64,000 bases of DNA from a virus. Under the pieces are notes generated by a model. It was not told where the DNA came from. It made no database searches and saw nothing but the letters and a program-made list of their open reading frames with translations. The stretch spans positions 34,708 through 98,707 of the IMG/VR virus record IMGVR_UViG_3300023273_000760; one strand, 5' to 3'. The translations under genes were made by a program, and so were the position numbers. Shown piece after piece: positions 10,889 to 21,122 of the stretch. Within the stretch, counting starts at the first letter, position 1, and each line of letters begins with the position of its first letter.

Positions 10889-12987
10889 TGGCATATCAGA
10901 TTAACAAAACGAATGGTGATTTATTAGTAGAACTAGTTGATGGACAACTTAATACACAAACAACAGATATTTCTCTAATTGGTCGTAACTATTCAGGCTT
11001 TGGTGAATCTATTAATGAAAACTTTGTCAAGATGTTGGAAAACTTTACCAACACACAAGCACCTGCTAATCCTTTAACTGGACAATTATGGTACGACTCA
11101 AGCGAGTCACGTTTAAAATTATATGACGGCGCACAATTTAAAAGTGCCGGCGGACCTATTGTAAGTCCAACACAACCACAAATGGTTACAGGTGATCTTT
11201 GGATCGACAATTTAAACAACAAGTTATATTTCTATGATGGAACTGATTTAGTTCTTGTAGGACCTCCATATGCAAGTTCAGAAGGACTGTCGGGATTTTC
11301 AACCGAAACAGTTCTTGATAATACACAAAGTAACAGAACAATAGTAAAATTAAATGTAGGAGGTACAACAGAAGCAGTACTTTCTAATATTAGATTTACT
11401 CCAGATTCAAGTAATACTATTAATGGCATTAACGGCGCAGTTGAAAAAGGAATTAATATAATTAATGACGATTTTAAATTCCACGGAACAGCAACGTCAG
11501 CAGATACTATTATTAATGCACAAGGTATTAAGAAAAACGCATCACAGTTTTTACCTACAGATGCTAATGGTGTAACCAATGGAACAATTACTACTATTAA
11601 TAACGGTGGTATTACAATTGGTCCAGAAGATAATATTGTTATTAAAATTGTAAATAACCAAACATTAATTGAAAATACAGTTCGTGATAGAAACTTAGAA
11701 ATTAAAGTTAGAAAAGCAACAGGTTCCACAAGTGCAATTAAAGTTAATACTGCAAATAGTTATATAGGAATTTTTAATAATAATCCTCAAGCAACATTAG
11801 ACGTTGGCGGTGATGTAAAAATTGCCGGTAACCTAACTATATCTGGCGAAACATTCCAAACAGATGTAGAAAACATGAGGATTCAGGATAAAAATATTGA
11901 ACTTGCTATTGCAAGTGATAGTACATTATTAACAGATCCAGAAGTTGATAATGCTGGTTTTATTGTAAAAGCAACTCCGAACGATAAAGAGTTACTTTGG
12001 AAAAATACAACTAATTCTTGGACATCAAATGTTTATTGGGATTCAGACCTAGGGTACAAGTTAAACGGTAACACAGTGTTTAGTGGTACAGAAATGACTT
12101 ACATTGCAAGTGCTCCTGATTTAACATCAGTTGGTACCCTTACTAACTTGAATGTAGATAATGTTAACATTAACGGAAACTTAATTTCATCAGTTGTACA
12201 ACCTTTACAATTAACAAGTGCAACAGCAATTATTGAAATTGTTGATAGCAAAATAATTAGAGGATTAGGAACACCGGCACAAGATACAGATGCGGCAACA
12301 AAACTTTATGTTGATAATGCAATTGATAACGAAGGTGTAGTACTGGCATTAAACATTACTGGATTAGGATATGATCCAGCACAAGGTGGCGGAGCAACAT
12401 TTGCGGCAAAAATTACAACATTGTTAGAAGAAATTGTTCCAGCAAGTACAAAGATTAATGGAGTTCAAGCAAAGATTCATGCAACAGATCAAACATCAGC
12501 ATCAGCATTGTTTACTGCAAGTGATCTAAACACTGCATTAGAAGAGTCAACAGTTGAAGTTGATCATACTGTTTCAGCAAGTTCAAATCTTATTACGAGC
12601 ATTATTAAAGGTACAACAACTACAATTACTACTAATGGTGTTCACAAATACACAGCAGGTAGACAAATTGATATTACAGGTGCTACAGTAAATAGCGGTA
12701 CACCTATGGCTTCGCTAACTGGAACATTTACAGTAGACAGTGTATTGTCAACTACTGAAGCAATTATTTCTGCAAACACAAGTGGTGAAGCAGGAACATA
12801 CGATGCTAATTCAGCAACAGCAACTAGAGTTTCTGAAGTAGGTAATGAGAACGAAAGTGTACTTAAAGACGTAGAATTTAGTGATGTTAACGGTGCAGTT
12901 AGTTTAACTGTTTCAAGATACAAACTAATTTGTACAGTAAACGGGGGCGTATGGACTTATACTAGCGGACAAAGTTCTGCGGTATAA
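10888..12987 (+). CDS. Tail fibre-like protein (paralogue)
   Basis: Shared N-terminal MAY.IN..GRNY.G.GE..NENF..LENF..GQLWYD module; DAATKLYVD fibre motif. Confidence 0.7.
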   Translation: MAYQINKTNGDLLVELVDGQLNTQTTDISLIGRNYSGFGESINENFVKMLENFTNTQAPANPLTGQLWYDSSESRLKLYDGAQFKSAGGPIVSPTQPQMVTGDLWIDNLNNKLYFYDGTDLVLVGPPYASSEGLSGFSTETVLDNTQSNRTIVKLNVGGTTEAVLSNIRFTPDSSNTINGINGAVEKGINIINDDFKFHGTATSADTIINAQGIKKNASQFLPTDANGVTNGTITTINNGGITIGPEDNIVIKIVNNQTLIENTVRDRNLEIKVRKATGSTSAIKVNTANSYIGIFNNNPQATLDVGGDVKIAGNLTISGETFQTDVENMRIQDKNIELAIASDSTLLTDPEVDNAGFIVKATPNDKELLWKNTTNSWTSNVYWDSDLGYKLNGNTVFSGTEMTYIASAPDLTSVGTLTNLNVDNVNINGNLISSVVQPLQLTSATAIIEIVDSKIIRGLGTPAQDTDAATKLYVDNAIDNEGVVLALNITGLGYDPAQGGGATFAAKITTLLEEIVPASTKINGVQAKIHATDQTSASALFTASDLNTALEESTVEVDHTVSASSNLITSIIKGTTTTITTNGVHKYTAGRQIDITGATVNSGTPMASLTGTFTVDSVLSTTEAIISANTSGEAGTYDANSATATRVSEVGNENESVLKDVEFSDVNGAVSLTVSRYKLICTVNGGVWTYTSGQSSAV

Positions 12988-12988
12988 C

Positions 12989-12996
12989 GATAAATA
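12989..12996 (+). promoter_or_regulatory. T4-late-like promoter box GATAAATA
   Basis: Intergenic motif upstream of 13021. Confidence 0.45.
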
Positions 12997-13020
12997 TATA
13001 CAATAAAGGGGTTAGAAACT

Positions 13021-14499
13021 ATGGCATATATTATTAATAAAACCGACGGTTCGCAGATTGCGGTAGTTGAAGACGGTACAGTCGATCAAACTACTAGTCT
13101 TAAACTAGTTGGTAAAAACTATGCTGGTTACGGTGAAATCCAGAACGAAAATTTCGTTCATTTACTAGAAAATTTTTCAAGTGCAAATTCACCATCCAGA
13201 GCAATAGCAGGTCAAATTTGGTTTGATTCAGGAGTAAGCAAACTAAAATTTTATGACGGCACAAAATTTAGAACAACTGGCGGTGCTGAAGTAAGTTCTT
13301 CACAACCATCAGGACTTACTGAAGGTGACTTTTGGTGGGATAATGCAAACAATCAGTTGTATGCAAACACAGGAACAGGTTTTATCCTAATTGGTCCACA
13401 ATCACAAGGTGATACTTTAACTAGTTTTGTTACTGATACAGTAAGAGATATTTCACAAGCACAACGAACAGTTATTAAAGGTACTGTAAACGATGAAGTA
13501 GTTGTTGTACTTTCAGCGTCAGACTTTACGATTGACTCATCCGACCCCGACAATGCCATAACAGGATTTGATGTCATTCATAGAGGTATGACTATGAAGA
13601 ACACAACAAACGCTACACAAGGTGTTACTTCAACTGCTCATAGATGGTGGGGAACTGCTACTAACTCAGAAAAATTAGGCGGAAGAGATGCAAGCGAATA
13701 CGTTGTAAGTATTCCGGGACAAGAATCATCATTTACTGAAATTGTAAGATTTAGTGATACAGGCTTTACTGTTGGTGCATCAAATGATTTAAGAGTTTCA
13801 ATTGAAAATGATAACCAAGGTGTTATTGCAAACGAAGTTGGAACTGTAATTAGATTTAAAGTTGACAACGATCAGTCACAAGTAACAGAACCAATGCAAA
13901 TTAAAGCAGAAGGTATTGTTCCTGGTGCAAACAACACTTACAACTTAGGTAATACTAATAGCAAGTGGAACAACGTTTGGGCAACAACATTTAACGGTAC
14001 AGCAACTACAGCAAACGCAATGGTAGTTGGTCAGAATAACAGAACAGCAAGTACTTCGGCTACTGCTGATACAGTTGCAGTTAGAGACAGTCAAGCAAAT
14101 CTAAATGCAAACCTATTTAACGGTACTGCTACAACAGCACGTTACGCTGACTTGGCAGAGAAATACACAACTGATGACGAGTATCCAACAGGTACTATTA
14201 TGGCAGTTAGTGATAATGAAGACTCAGAAACTACATGGTGCCAAATTGACGGAATGCCAATTGGTGTTATTTCTGCTAAACCTGCTTACTTAATGAATGC
14301 AGATGCAGAAGGTCAAGCGATTGCACTTAAAGGTAGAGTACCAGTAAGAGTTGTAGGACCTGTTAACAAAGGCGACAAACTATACGTAGGTGCTAACGGT
14401 ACTGCACAAAAAGCCAACGAAGGCGAATTAGTAGGTGTTGCACTAGAGTCTAATGATAGACACGAAGAAAAATTAGTAGAAGTTGTACTAAAAGTTTAA
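13021..14499 (+). CDS. Tail fibre/spike protein with C-terminal intramolecular chaperone/autocleavage (peptidase G2-like) domain
   Basis: Same N-terminal module; C-terminal YADLAEKY...GVIS..PAYLMN...ALKGRVPVRVVG..KGD motif. Confidence 0.7.
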   Translation: MAYIINKTDGSQIAVVEDGTVDQTTSLKLVGKNYAGYGEIQNENFVHLLENFSSANSPSRAIAGQIWFDSGVSKLKFYDGTKFRTTGGAEVSSSQPSGLTEGDFWWDNANNQLYANTGTGFILIGPQSQGDTLTSFVTDTVRDISQAQRTVIKGTVNDEVVVVLSASDFTIDSSDPDNAITGFDVIHRGMTMKNTTNATQGVTSTAHRWWGTATNSEKLGGRDASEYVVSIPGQESSFTEIVRFSDTGFTVGASNDLRVSIENDNQGVIANEVGTVIRFKVDNDQSQVTEPMQIKAEGIVPGANNTYNLGNTNSKWNNVWATTFNGTATTANAMVVGQNNRTASTSATADTVAVRDSQANLNANLFNGTATTARYADLAEKYTTDDEYPTGTIMAVSDNEDSETTWCQIDGMPIGVISAKPAYLMNADAEGQAIALKGRVPVRVVGPVNKGDKLYVGANGTAQKANEGELVGVALESNDRHEEKLVEVVLKV

Positions 14500-14512
14500 A
14501 GGGAAGAAGTAA

Positions 14513-15445
14513 ATGGCAGTTGTAACAGCGGCAAGGTATAATACATTACAAGCAAAGGTGGCTAACGTTTTAGGTAACGGAAGCGGTCAATTTGGATATG
14601 GACAAGTGTTAGCAAGTTCACAAGTAGCCGCAGAAACAGTTATCGATTCGACACACATGGCTGATCTGTACACTGATTTAGTTGCAACAAGAGTACACCA
14701 AGTTGGAAGTGTTCCACAGTCTATTGCAACAGTAGCGGCAGGCCAAGTTATCGAAGAAGATTCGGCTGATACTGGAACAGGTAGAGGTATTCTTCAATAT
14801 GAAGATTTAGCAACTACTCTTGAAACAGATAAAGATTTAATTTATACTGTAGATACATCACAAAGCACAATTACTAATAGTAAAACTTCAAGTACTAGAA
14901 CTACTTCATGGTCTGGTATTGTTGATCATGTTGTTACAGTTACTTTTGCAAGTGCTGATGCACGTAGACACTTCTTTAATGCAGGCGGAGAAATTCGTTT
15001 TACAGCAGACTTAGATCCTGATGTTTCAAACGGTAAGAACAACGATTGGAATAACTTATTATCATCAATGGGAACAGTTCTTTTTAAATCAGATGACTGT
15101 ACTTCAAATGGTACTACTCCAGGAACTCCACAAGGTCTTGGAAACTTTGATTTAACATCAACTTATCAACTTGTATTTCAGAAAGACGGAACTGGTGTAT
15201 ATTCAATGAACGATTATAATATCAAAGCAAAAGAGAATACAACAGCACAAATTGAATTTTTAATTGAATTTAGAGACGACGATGTTGGTTCTGATGCTGG
15301 CGACTCAAATAATGATGGCGCAATTAACCCAATTGACGAAAGTGTAACTGGTACATTAGAGAGTGTAGTTGGCGAAAGATTACCAACTGGTCTTTATGTA
15401 GCATTAACTAGTCCAACATTTGCTACAACAAATAACTTAACATAA
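14513..15445 (+). CDS. Virion structural protein
   Basis: 310 aa Thr/Ser/Gly-rich ORF at the end of the structural operon (RHFFNAGGEIRF motif). Confidence 0.55.
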   Translation: MAVVTAARYNTLQAKVANVLGNGSGQFGYGQVLASSQVAAETVIDSTHMADLYTDLVATRVHQVGSVPQSIATVAAGQVIEEDSADTGTGRGILQYEDLATTLETDKDLIYTVDTSQSTITNSKTSSTRTTSWSGIVDHVVTVTFASADARRHFFNAGGEIRFTADLDPDVSNGKNNDWNNLLSSMGTVLFKSDDCTSNGTTPGTPQGLGNFDLTSTYQLVFQKDGTGVYSMNDYNIKAKENTTAQIEFLIEFRDDDVGSDAGDSNNDGAINPIDESVTGTLESVVGERLPTGLYVALTSPTFATTNNLT

Positions 15446-15491
15446 GAATTCCTACTACCTTAGGAACCGTGATGTTGCAAGGCGTCACACT

Positions 15492-15522
15492 AGAGTCACT
15501 TTTTAAGTGACTCTTTTTTTTT
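15492..15522 (+). terminator. Rho-independent terminator of the structural operon
   Basis: AGAGTCACTT-ttt-AAGTGACTCT perfect stem followed by a T run. Confidence 0.85.
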
Positions 15523-15527
15523 GACTG

Positions 15528-15533
15528 TAAATA
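15528..15533 (+). promoter_or_regulatory. Late-type TAAATA box, 7 nt before ATG 15541
   Basis: gTAAATAcagtactATG, no Shine-Dalgarno. Confidence 0.5.
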
Positions 15534-15540
15534 CAGTACT

Positions 15541-15885
15541 ATGGACGAGAAGTTATCAAAAGCCCTTGAATTTGGCAATTATTCTGCTACACTAGAAAAT
15601 CAAAAGCGTATGTTACAAGAAAAATTTGTAACAGATACGATTTATTTCTGCGCAGGTGGACAATTTACTATTACTAAAGAACTTATTAATTATTGCCAAA
15701 CATTACTAGGTAGCGGACAAGAGTCGTTTATATTAATTGATGATAATAGTATTCCTATTGAAATACAAAGTATTGAAAAATTTAAAGAAGAAATTTTTGA
15801 CAAGTACTTTGTTGCTCTTAATGAATATCATACGTCTTATCAAAAATTAACAAAAAGTAGGTCCGTTGACGGATTAGTAGAATGA
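15541..15885 (+). CDS. Hypothetical protein
   Basis: 114 aa ORF, coupled to the next gene by ATGA overlap. Confidence 0.6.
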   Translation: MDEKLSKALEFGNYSATLENQKRMLQEKFVTDTIYFCAGGQFTITKELINYCQTLLGSGQESFILIDDNSIPIEIQSIEKFKEEIFDKYFVALNEYHTSYQKLTKSRSVDGLVE

Positions 15886-16721
15886 CAAATGGGATTCTTT
15901 TATTTGCATACAATAATGAACAAATAGATTACGTTGCTCAAGCGTGTTATCTAGCCAATCGTGTAAAACAGTACATGAACCTTCCTACTACTTTAGTTAC
16001 TGATGATAAAGCAAGGGTTGAAAAATATTATAATGGTAATGAAGTATTTGATAACATTATAGAAGTTTCATCTATTAGATATAATAAAAAACGCTATCAT
16101 GATGGAGCGTTGTCGTTCAAACTTCTTAACTTTAAGAATTTTAATAGAGATAATGCTTATAATGTTTCGCCATACGATCAAACACTAGTACTAGATACTG
16201 ACTATATTATTTCCAATGACTTATTACTAAGTTGTTTTAATAGTGTTAATGACTTAATGGTTTATTCAAAGAGTCTTGATATTTCGGGATGGAGAGAAGC
16301 AGAAGAATTTGATTTAATAAGTGAAACTAGTATAAAATTTTATTGGGCCACAGTTGTGTTTTTTAGAAAAACAAAATCTAATAAAGTGTTCTTTGATCTA
16401 ATAACACATATTAAAGAAAATTATGAACACTATCGAAACTTGTATCAACTTACTAACAGTGTTTATAGGAATGACTTTGCTTTTAGTATAGCAATACATA
16501 TTATGGCAGGACACTATGGATCTGGATTCGTAAAAGAATTACCAGGAAAGATGATTTATAGTACAGGTAAAGATATCTTAGAAAAAATTAAAGATGATGA
16601 ATTAACTTTATTAGTTGAAAAACAAAATAGATCGGGAGAGTATACCCTTTTAAAATCTAAAGGCTTAAACTTACACGTAATGAATAAGTTTAGTTTGAAT
16701 AGGAACATTTCTAATGCCTAA
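15882..16721 (+). CDS. GT-A fold glycosyltransferase-like protein
   Basis: SPYDQTLVLDTD DxD motif and an N-terminal GILLFA strand. Confidence 0.6.
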   Translation: MTNGILLFAYNNEQIDYVAQACYLANRVKQYMNLPTTLVTDDKARVEKYYNGNEVFDNIIEVSSIRYNKKRYHDGALSFKLLNFKNFNRDNAYNVSPYDQTLVLDTDYIISNDLLLSCFNSVNDLMVYSKSLDISGWREAEEFDLISETSIKFYWATVVFFRKTKSNKVFFDLITHIKENYEHYRNLYQLTNSVYRNDFAFSIAIHIMAGHYGSGFVKELPGKMIYSTGKDILEKIKDDELTLLVEKQNRSGEYTLLKSKGLNLHVMNKFSLNRNISNA

Positions 16722-17535
16722 CTTTACTTTTCTTGCACAAAATAATGAACAAGACAATTATGTACGTCAAGCAGAATTACTAGCAATGAGTATTAGAAAA
16801 ACTAATCCAGACAGTAAAATTTGCTTAATAACTAATGAAGACACTGAATGGATTAAAGAAGGACTGTTTGACGATATTGTACCTATTCCGTGGGAAGATA
16901 AAGCAGATGAGCACAAATGGAAAGTACAAAACAGATGGAAAATTTATCATGCTTGTCCATATGACGAAACTTTTGTATTAGATACAGACATGATAGTATG
17001 TCATAACTTAACACATTGGTGGAATTTAATGCAAAATTATGATGTATTTTATACAACTAATGTAACAGATTATAAACAGTGTAAACTTAATGTAACATAC
17101 TATAGAAAAATGTTCGAAGCAAACAACTTACCAAACATTTATGTCGCATTACATTATTTTAAAAAGTCAGAATTTGCAAAACAGTTTTATACTTGTTTAG
17201 AAGAAGTAATGAAAAACTGGGAATACTATTATGAAAGGTATGCACCTAAGAAAATGCAAAAGTTTTTAAGCGTTGACGTATGTACAGCAATAGCAATTAG
17301 AGTGTTAGGTGTTGAACATATAGTTACAAATACTAAACTACCATTTCCTACGTTTGTACATATGAAACCGTATGCACAAAGTTGGAAAATACAAACAACA
17401 AAATGGCAAGACCGTGTTAGTTGCTTTATTGATGATAAACAACAACTTAAAATAGGTGGACATTTGCAGGACACAGTGTTTCATTATACTGAAAAAGATT
17501 TTACGGAGAAATATTATGACAGATTCAATAATTAA
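16714..17535 (+). CDS. GT-A fold glycosyltransferase-like protein (paralogue of previous)
   Basis: CPYDETFVLDTD DxD motif; YVRQAELLAMSIR; FVHMK/FHY. Confidence 0.6.
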   Translation: MPNFTFLAQNNEQDNYVRQAELLAMSIRKTNPDSKICLITNEDTEWIKEGLFDDIVPIPWEDKADEHKWKVQNRWKIYHACPYDETFVLDTDMIVCHNLTHWWNLMQNYDVFYTTNVTDYKQCKLNVTYYRKMFEANNLPNIYVALHYFKKSEFAKQFYTCLEEVMKNWEYYYERYAPKKMQKFLSVDVCTAIAIRVLGVEHIVTNTKLPFPTFVHMKPYAQSWKIQTTKWQDRVSCFIDDKQQLKIGGHLQDTVFHYTEKDFTEKYYDRFNN

Positions 17536-18070
17536 TTTTCCAGTTAAAGTTCAGAAATTTAAAGAACATAGTGTTCTTAAAGAATTATTATTAACAGCAA
17601 TTAATGAACAAAAAGAAGTAGAACATTTAATCGGACCTAATAATGATATTACTCGTTGTGATTGGCAACCTGCAAGATTTAATACTAACCGACGTTGGGT
17701 AAAGGATATAAAAGATCCGTTAACTGAACATATTGCAAAGTGGGCAGAGTCGTTTGGATATGCAAATTTTAAAGTGCTTGAAATTTGGTTTCAACAATAT
17801 GCACAGAACAGTAAACACTCTTGGCACACACATGGCGGAAATTTTACGTGTGTGTATTATCTAGATTTGCCTAAAGATACTCCACGTACTCAGTGGATTA
17901 ATCCTACAACTCTAAATGAAGAAACTTTTTGTGTTGCAGAAGGTGATATTATTATATTTCCAAGTTGGTTAATACATAGAGCACCACAAAATGAATCAAA
18001 AAATATGAAAACAATTATTTCATGGAACATTGAAGTTGGGATATCTGACTTCTACGGAGAAGGTCAATGA
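17516..18070 (+). CDS. Fe(II)/2OG dioxygenase-like protein
   Basis: HTH...CVYY...EGDIIIFPSWLIH...IISWN; start at 17516 has a GGAG RBS. Confidence 0.75.
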   Translation: MTDSIINFPVKVQKFKEHSVLKELLLTAINEQKEVEHLIGPNNDITRCDWQPARFNTNRRWVKDIKDPLTEHIAKWAESFGYANFKVLEIWFQQYAQNSKHSWHTHGGNFTCVYYLDLPKDTPRTQWINPTTLNEETFCVAEGDIIIFPSWLIHRAPQNESKNMKTIISWNIEVGISDFYGEGQ

Positions 18071-18642
18071 CAATGTCTTGGAAAGAAGTTCCGTTAAAGC
18101 CATCACAAACTTGGCTTGATTTTGATTTAGATAGTGGTGTAATAAAAACTATCGGAGCAACACCGTTAAGTAAACATAGTATCGAAGTTGACTATGAGCA
18201 AGTTAAAGATTTAATTGAAGGTAAAGTATATTTTAAACACTTTTTAGTTCAATTTAATCCAACTAGCACAATGTATGAGTTGGTTAATAAGCACGACGAA
18301 AAGAAATACGAATATAACGTTAATTCTAGTTTATATAAAATACAAAAAACTAATAAAGCAGATATTATAATTTGTAAAAATTATAAAAAGAAACAATGGG
18401 AATTAAAGTTTGGTGATTTATTTGCAAAAACATTGCTCAAAAACAACGTTACATTACAAACAGTAAAGCATTTTAGTGTAGTAGAAAAGAATAACCCATT
18501 TGTACTATACAGAACATTAACATTCAATTTAGCGTCAAATAATTTAGTCTTGCAATTTAATGATAATGATGCTATAATAGAATTTGACATTTATACGAAT
18601 AAACTTTTTAACAGTTATGGGATACAAATTGAACAAGATTAA
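18067..18642 (+). CDS. Hypothetical protein
   Basis: 191 aa ORF, coupled overlaps on both sides. Confidence 0.6.
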   Translation: MTMSWKEVPLKPSQTWLDFDLDSGVIKTIGATPLSKHSIEVDYEQVKDLIEGKVYFKHFLVQFNPTSTMYELVNKHDEKKYEYNVNSSLYKIQKTNKADIIICKNYKKKQWELKFGDLFAKTLLKNNVTLQTVKHFSVVEKNNPFVLYRTLTFNLASNNLVLQFNDNDAIIEFDIYTNKLFNSYGIQIEQD

Positions 18643-19516
18643 GATACAAGATGTTGATATTATCTTTCTAAGTTATGATGAGCCTAATGCTGAAGAAAAT
18701 TGGGCAGACTTACAACGGAAGATACCTTGGGCAAAACGTGTACACGGAGTAGAAGGATCAGATGCGGCACACAAAGCCTGTGCAGATTTATCTGAAACAA
18801 AACATTTTGTAACTGTAGATGGTGACACTATTGTCGACCCTAAGTTTATGCAAGTTGAATTAGACTTAGATAAGTTAGGTGTAGACGATGACTATCAATT
18901 TAGTTGGTGTGGTAAAATTGATGTTAACGGACTTATGTACGGCAATGGAAGTTTAAAGATGTGGACAAAAGATTTTGTTAAAAATATGAAGACACATGAA
19001 AACACTGACGGATCAGATGAAACAAGTATTGAATTTTGTTACTTTGACAACTATTATCAATTAAATGAAAACTATAGTAAAAGTATTATTACAGCAACTC
19101 CACATCAAGCATGGAGAGCAGGATTCCGTGAAGGCGTTAAAATGAGTCTGGATAGGGGAAAGCCAACAGAAGATATTAATTCATTATGGTGGCAAAATAG
19201 ACACAGACTTTTTATTTGGCAAATGGTAGGTTGTGATGTTCCTAATGGTATCTGGGCGGTATATGGCGCACGACTTGGAACATATATGAATATGTGTACA
19301 GATTGGGATCATACACAGACAAGAGACTTTACTTACCTCAATGAGTTATGGAAAGAACACGAGACTGTTACAGTCGCAGAAGAATGTAAAGAACTAGGAA
19401 AGAAATTAATTAATGAATTAGAATTACCTATTGCCGTTGTTCCGTTTGATAAATTACAAAGTGAATTTTTTAAGACAGTATACATAAACGGCGATAGAGT
19501 AATTAGGCGTAAATGA
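18617..19516 (+). CDS. GT2-like glycosyltransferase
   Basis: DIIFLSYDE..AH..FVTVDGD (DxD)..AWRAGFRE; paralogue of 27915; exact start uncertain. Confidence 0.6.
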   Translation: MGYKLNKIKIQDVDIIFLSYDEPNAEENWADLQRKIPWAKRVHGVEGSDAAHKACADLSETKHFVTVDGDTIVDPKFMQVELDLDKLGVDDDYQFSWCGKIDVNGLMYGNGSLKMWTKDFVKNMKTHENTDGSDETSIEFCYFDNYYQLNENYSKSIITATPHQAWRAGFREGVKMSLDRGKPTEDINSLWWQNRHRLFIWQMVGCDVPNGIWAVYGARLGTYMNMCTDWDHTQTRDFTYLNELWKEHETVTVAEECKELGKKLINELELPIAVVPFDKLQSEFFKTVYINGDRVIRRK

Positions 19517-19758
19517 AAATAAGATATTATCATAATATTGATGGTTGGCGTTGGCTAGGATTTGTATTAGCAATGGTTAGTGCATTTTTATTAAGTGGCG
19601 GTAATCCTGCAATACAATGGTTAGGATGGGGCATCGCTTGCTTTAGTTGTAGCATATGGATTTACATGGGATGGAAAGATGGTGATACTCCTAGGGCATT
19701 AATGGAGTTAATGTATTTGCTTCTTGCTATAAGAGGCGTTTGGAATTGGATTCAATGA
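19513..19758 (+). CDS. Small membrane protein
   Basis: 81 aa with about three hydrophobic Trp-rich segments. Confidence 0.6.
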   Translation: MKIRYYHNIDGWRWLGFVLAMVSAFLLSGGNPAIQWLGWGIACFSCSIWIYMGWKDGDTPRALMELMYLLLAIRGVWNWIQ

Positions 19759-21122
19759 GTGAATTAGACAGAATTAAAACAGTAATGCCAGAAATTGATA
19801 AAATTTCTCCTTCATTCTGTTTGGCTAAATGGCATCATGTTACTATCTATTTGCAAACAGGCGAAACACACAGTTGTTATCATCCAGCACCTCACAAGAT
19901 TCCTTTAGAAGGATTAATAGATAATCCAAGCCAATTGCATAATACTCCGCAAAAGAAACTCGAACGTAGAGAAATGTTAGCAGGATTAAAACCTAGTGGT
20001 TGTCAATACTGTTGGAACATTGAATGTATGGGTAAAGATTACATTAGCGATAGACATATTAAAACAGCAAGTATTCATACACCAGAACGTATTGAAGAAA
20101 TTACAAGTAATCCTTGGGACTATAATATTAATCCCGAATATATTGAAGTAAACTTTAGTAATGAGTGTAATTTTAAATGCGGTTATTGTCATCCTAAGTT
20201 TAGTAGTAGATATTGGAACGAAATTAAACAACACGGACCATATAAAGATAGTACAGCACATCGTAACGATATTGACTGGATAGAATTATATGAAGAAGAA
20301 TCTAATCCTTATGTAGAAGCATGGTGGAAATGGTGGCCTGAAGTTAGTAAGACATTGAACATCTTACGTGTTACAGGTGGAGAGCCTTTGATGCATAAAA
20401 GTACTTGGAGGCTTTTTGAAGAATTAAAATCAAATCCAAAGCCGCATTTAAATATTGAACTTAACAGCAATATGGGTGTAAAGCCTGCACTAGTTAAAAA
20501 ATTAACACAAGTCGTAAAAGAACTTAGAGAAACTAATTGTATTGCAAGTTTTAAATTATATACAAGTATAGATACATGGAGTAACCGTGCAGAATATACA
20601 CGTACTGGATTAGATTTAAAAATTTGGGAAACAAATTTAGATTATTATCTATCCAACACACCCTGGCCTGTAACATTTATGATTACATTTAACATATTCT
20701 CTGTTACAAGTTTCAGTTCTTTGTTAGAAAAAATATTAGAATGGCGTAAAAAATATAATACAGATGAACAAACAAAATGGCAACGTATAAGGTTTGATAC
20801 GCCATACCTAACTGATCCTATTCAGTTTGATATAAACATACTTCCTAAAGATGAATTCATGCCTTATATGAAAAAGCACTTAGAGTTTATTGTTAATAAT
20901 TTAGATGACACAAACAGAACTAAATTTAGTAGTTTGGAATATGAAAGATTTAGGAGAGTAGTTGACTATATGGAAACAACAAACTATTCTGAGAAAAAAC
21001 TATTAAACGGAAGAAAAAACTTTCATACATGGTTTAGAGAATACGATAAAAGACGCAATACTAATCTTGTAGAAACGTTTCCTGAATTTAAAGAATTTTA
21101 CAATTTTTGTAAAACTTGCTAA
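19755..21122 (+). CDS. Radical SAM protein with N-terminal Cys-rich auxiliary domain
   Basis: CNFKCGYC and GGEP; N-terminal FCLAKW...SCYH...CQYC. Confidence 0.9.
   Translation: MSELDRIKTVMPEIDKISPSFCLAKWHHVTIYLQTGETHSCYHPAPHKIPLEGLIDNPSQLHNTPQKKLERREMLAGLKPSGCQYCWNIECMGKDYISDRHIKTASIHTPERIEEITSNPWDYNINPEYIEVNFSNECNFKCGYCHPKFSSRYWNEIKQHGPYKDSTAHRNDIDWIELYEEESNPYVEAWWKWWPEVSKTLNILRVTGGEPLMHKSTWRLFEELKSNPKPHLNIELNSNMGVKPALVKKLTQVVKELRETNCIASFKLYTSIDTWSNRAEYTRTGLDLKIWETNLDYYLSNTPWPVTFMITFNIFSVTSFSSLLEKILEWRKKYNTDEQTKWQRIRFDTPYLTDPIQFDINILPKDEFMPYMKKHLEFIVNNLDDTNRTKFSSLEYERFRRVVDYMETTNYSEKKLLNGRKNFHTWFREYDKRRNTNLVETFPEFKEFYNFCKTC

Noticed and set aside
9595-13868. Antisense ORFs (174, 165, 93 aa and others) under the tail-fibre genes
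   Set aside because: They mirror the codon bias of the sense genes and have no RBS or motifs
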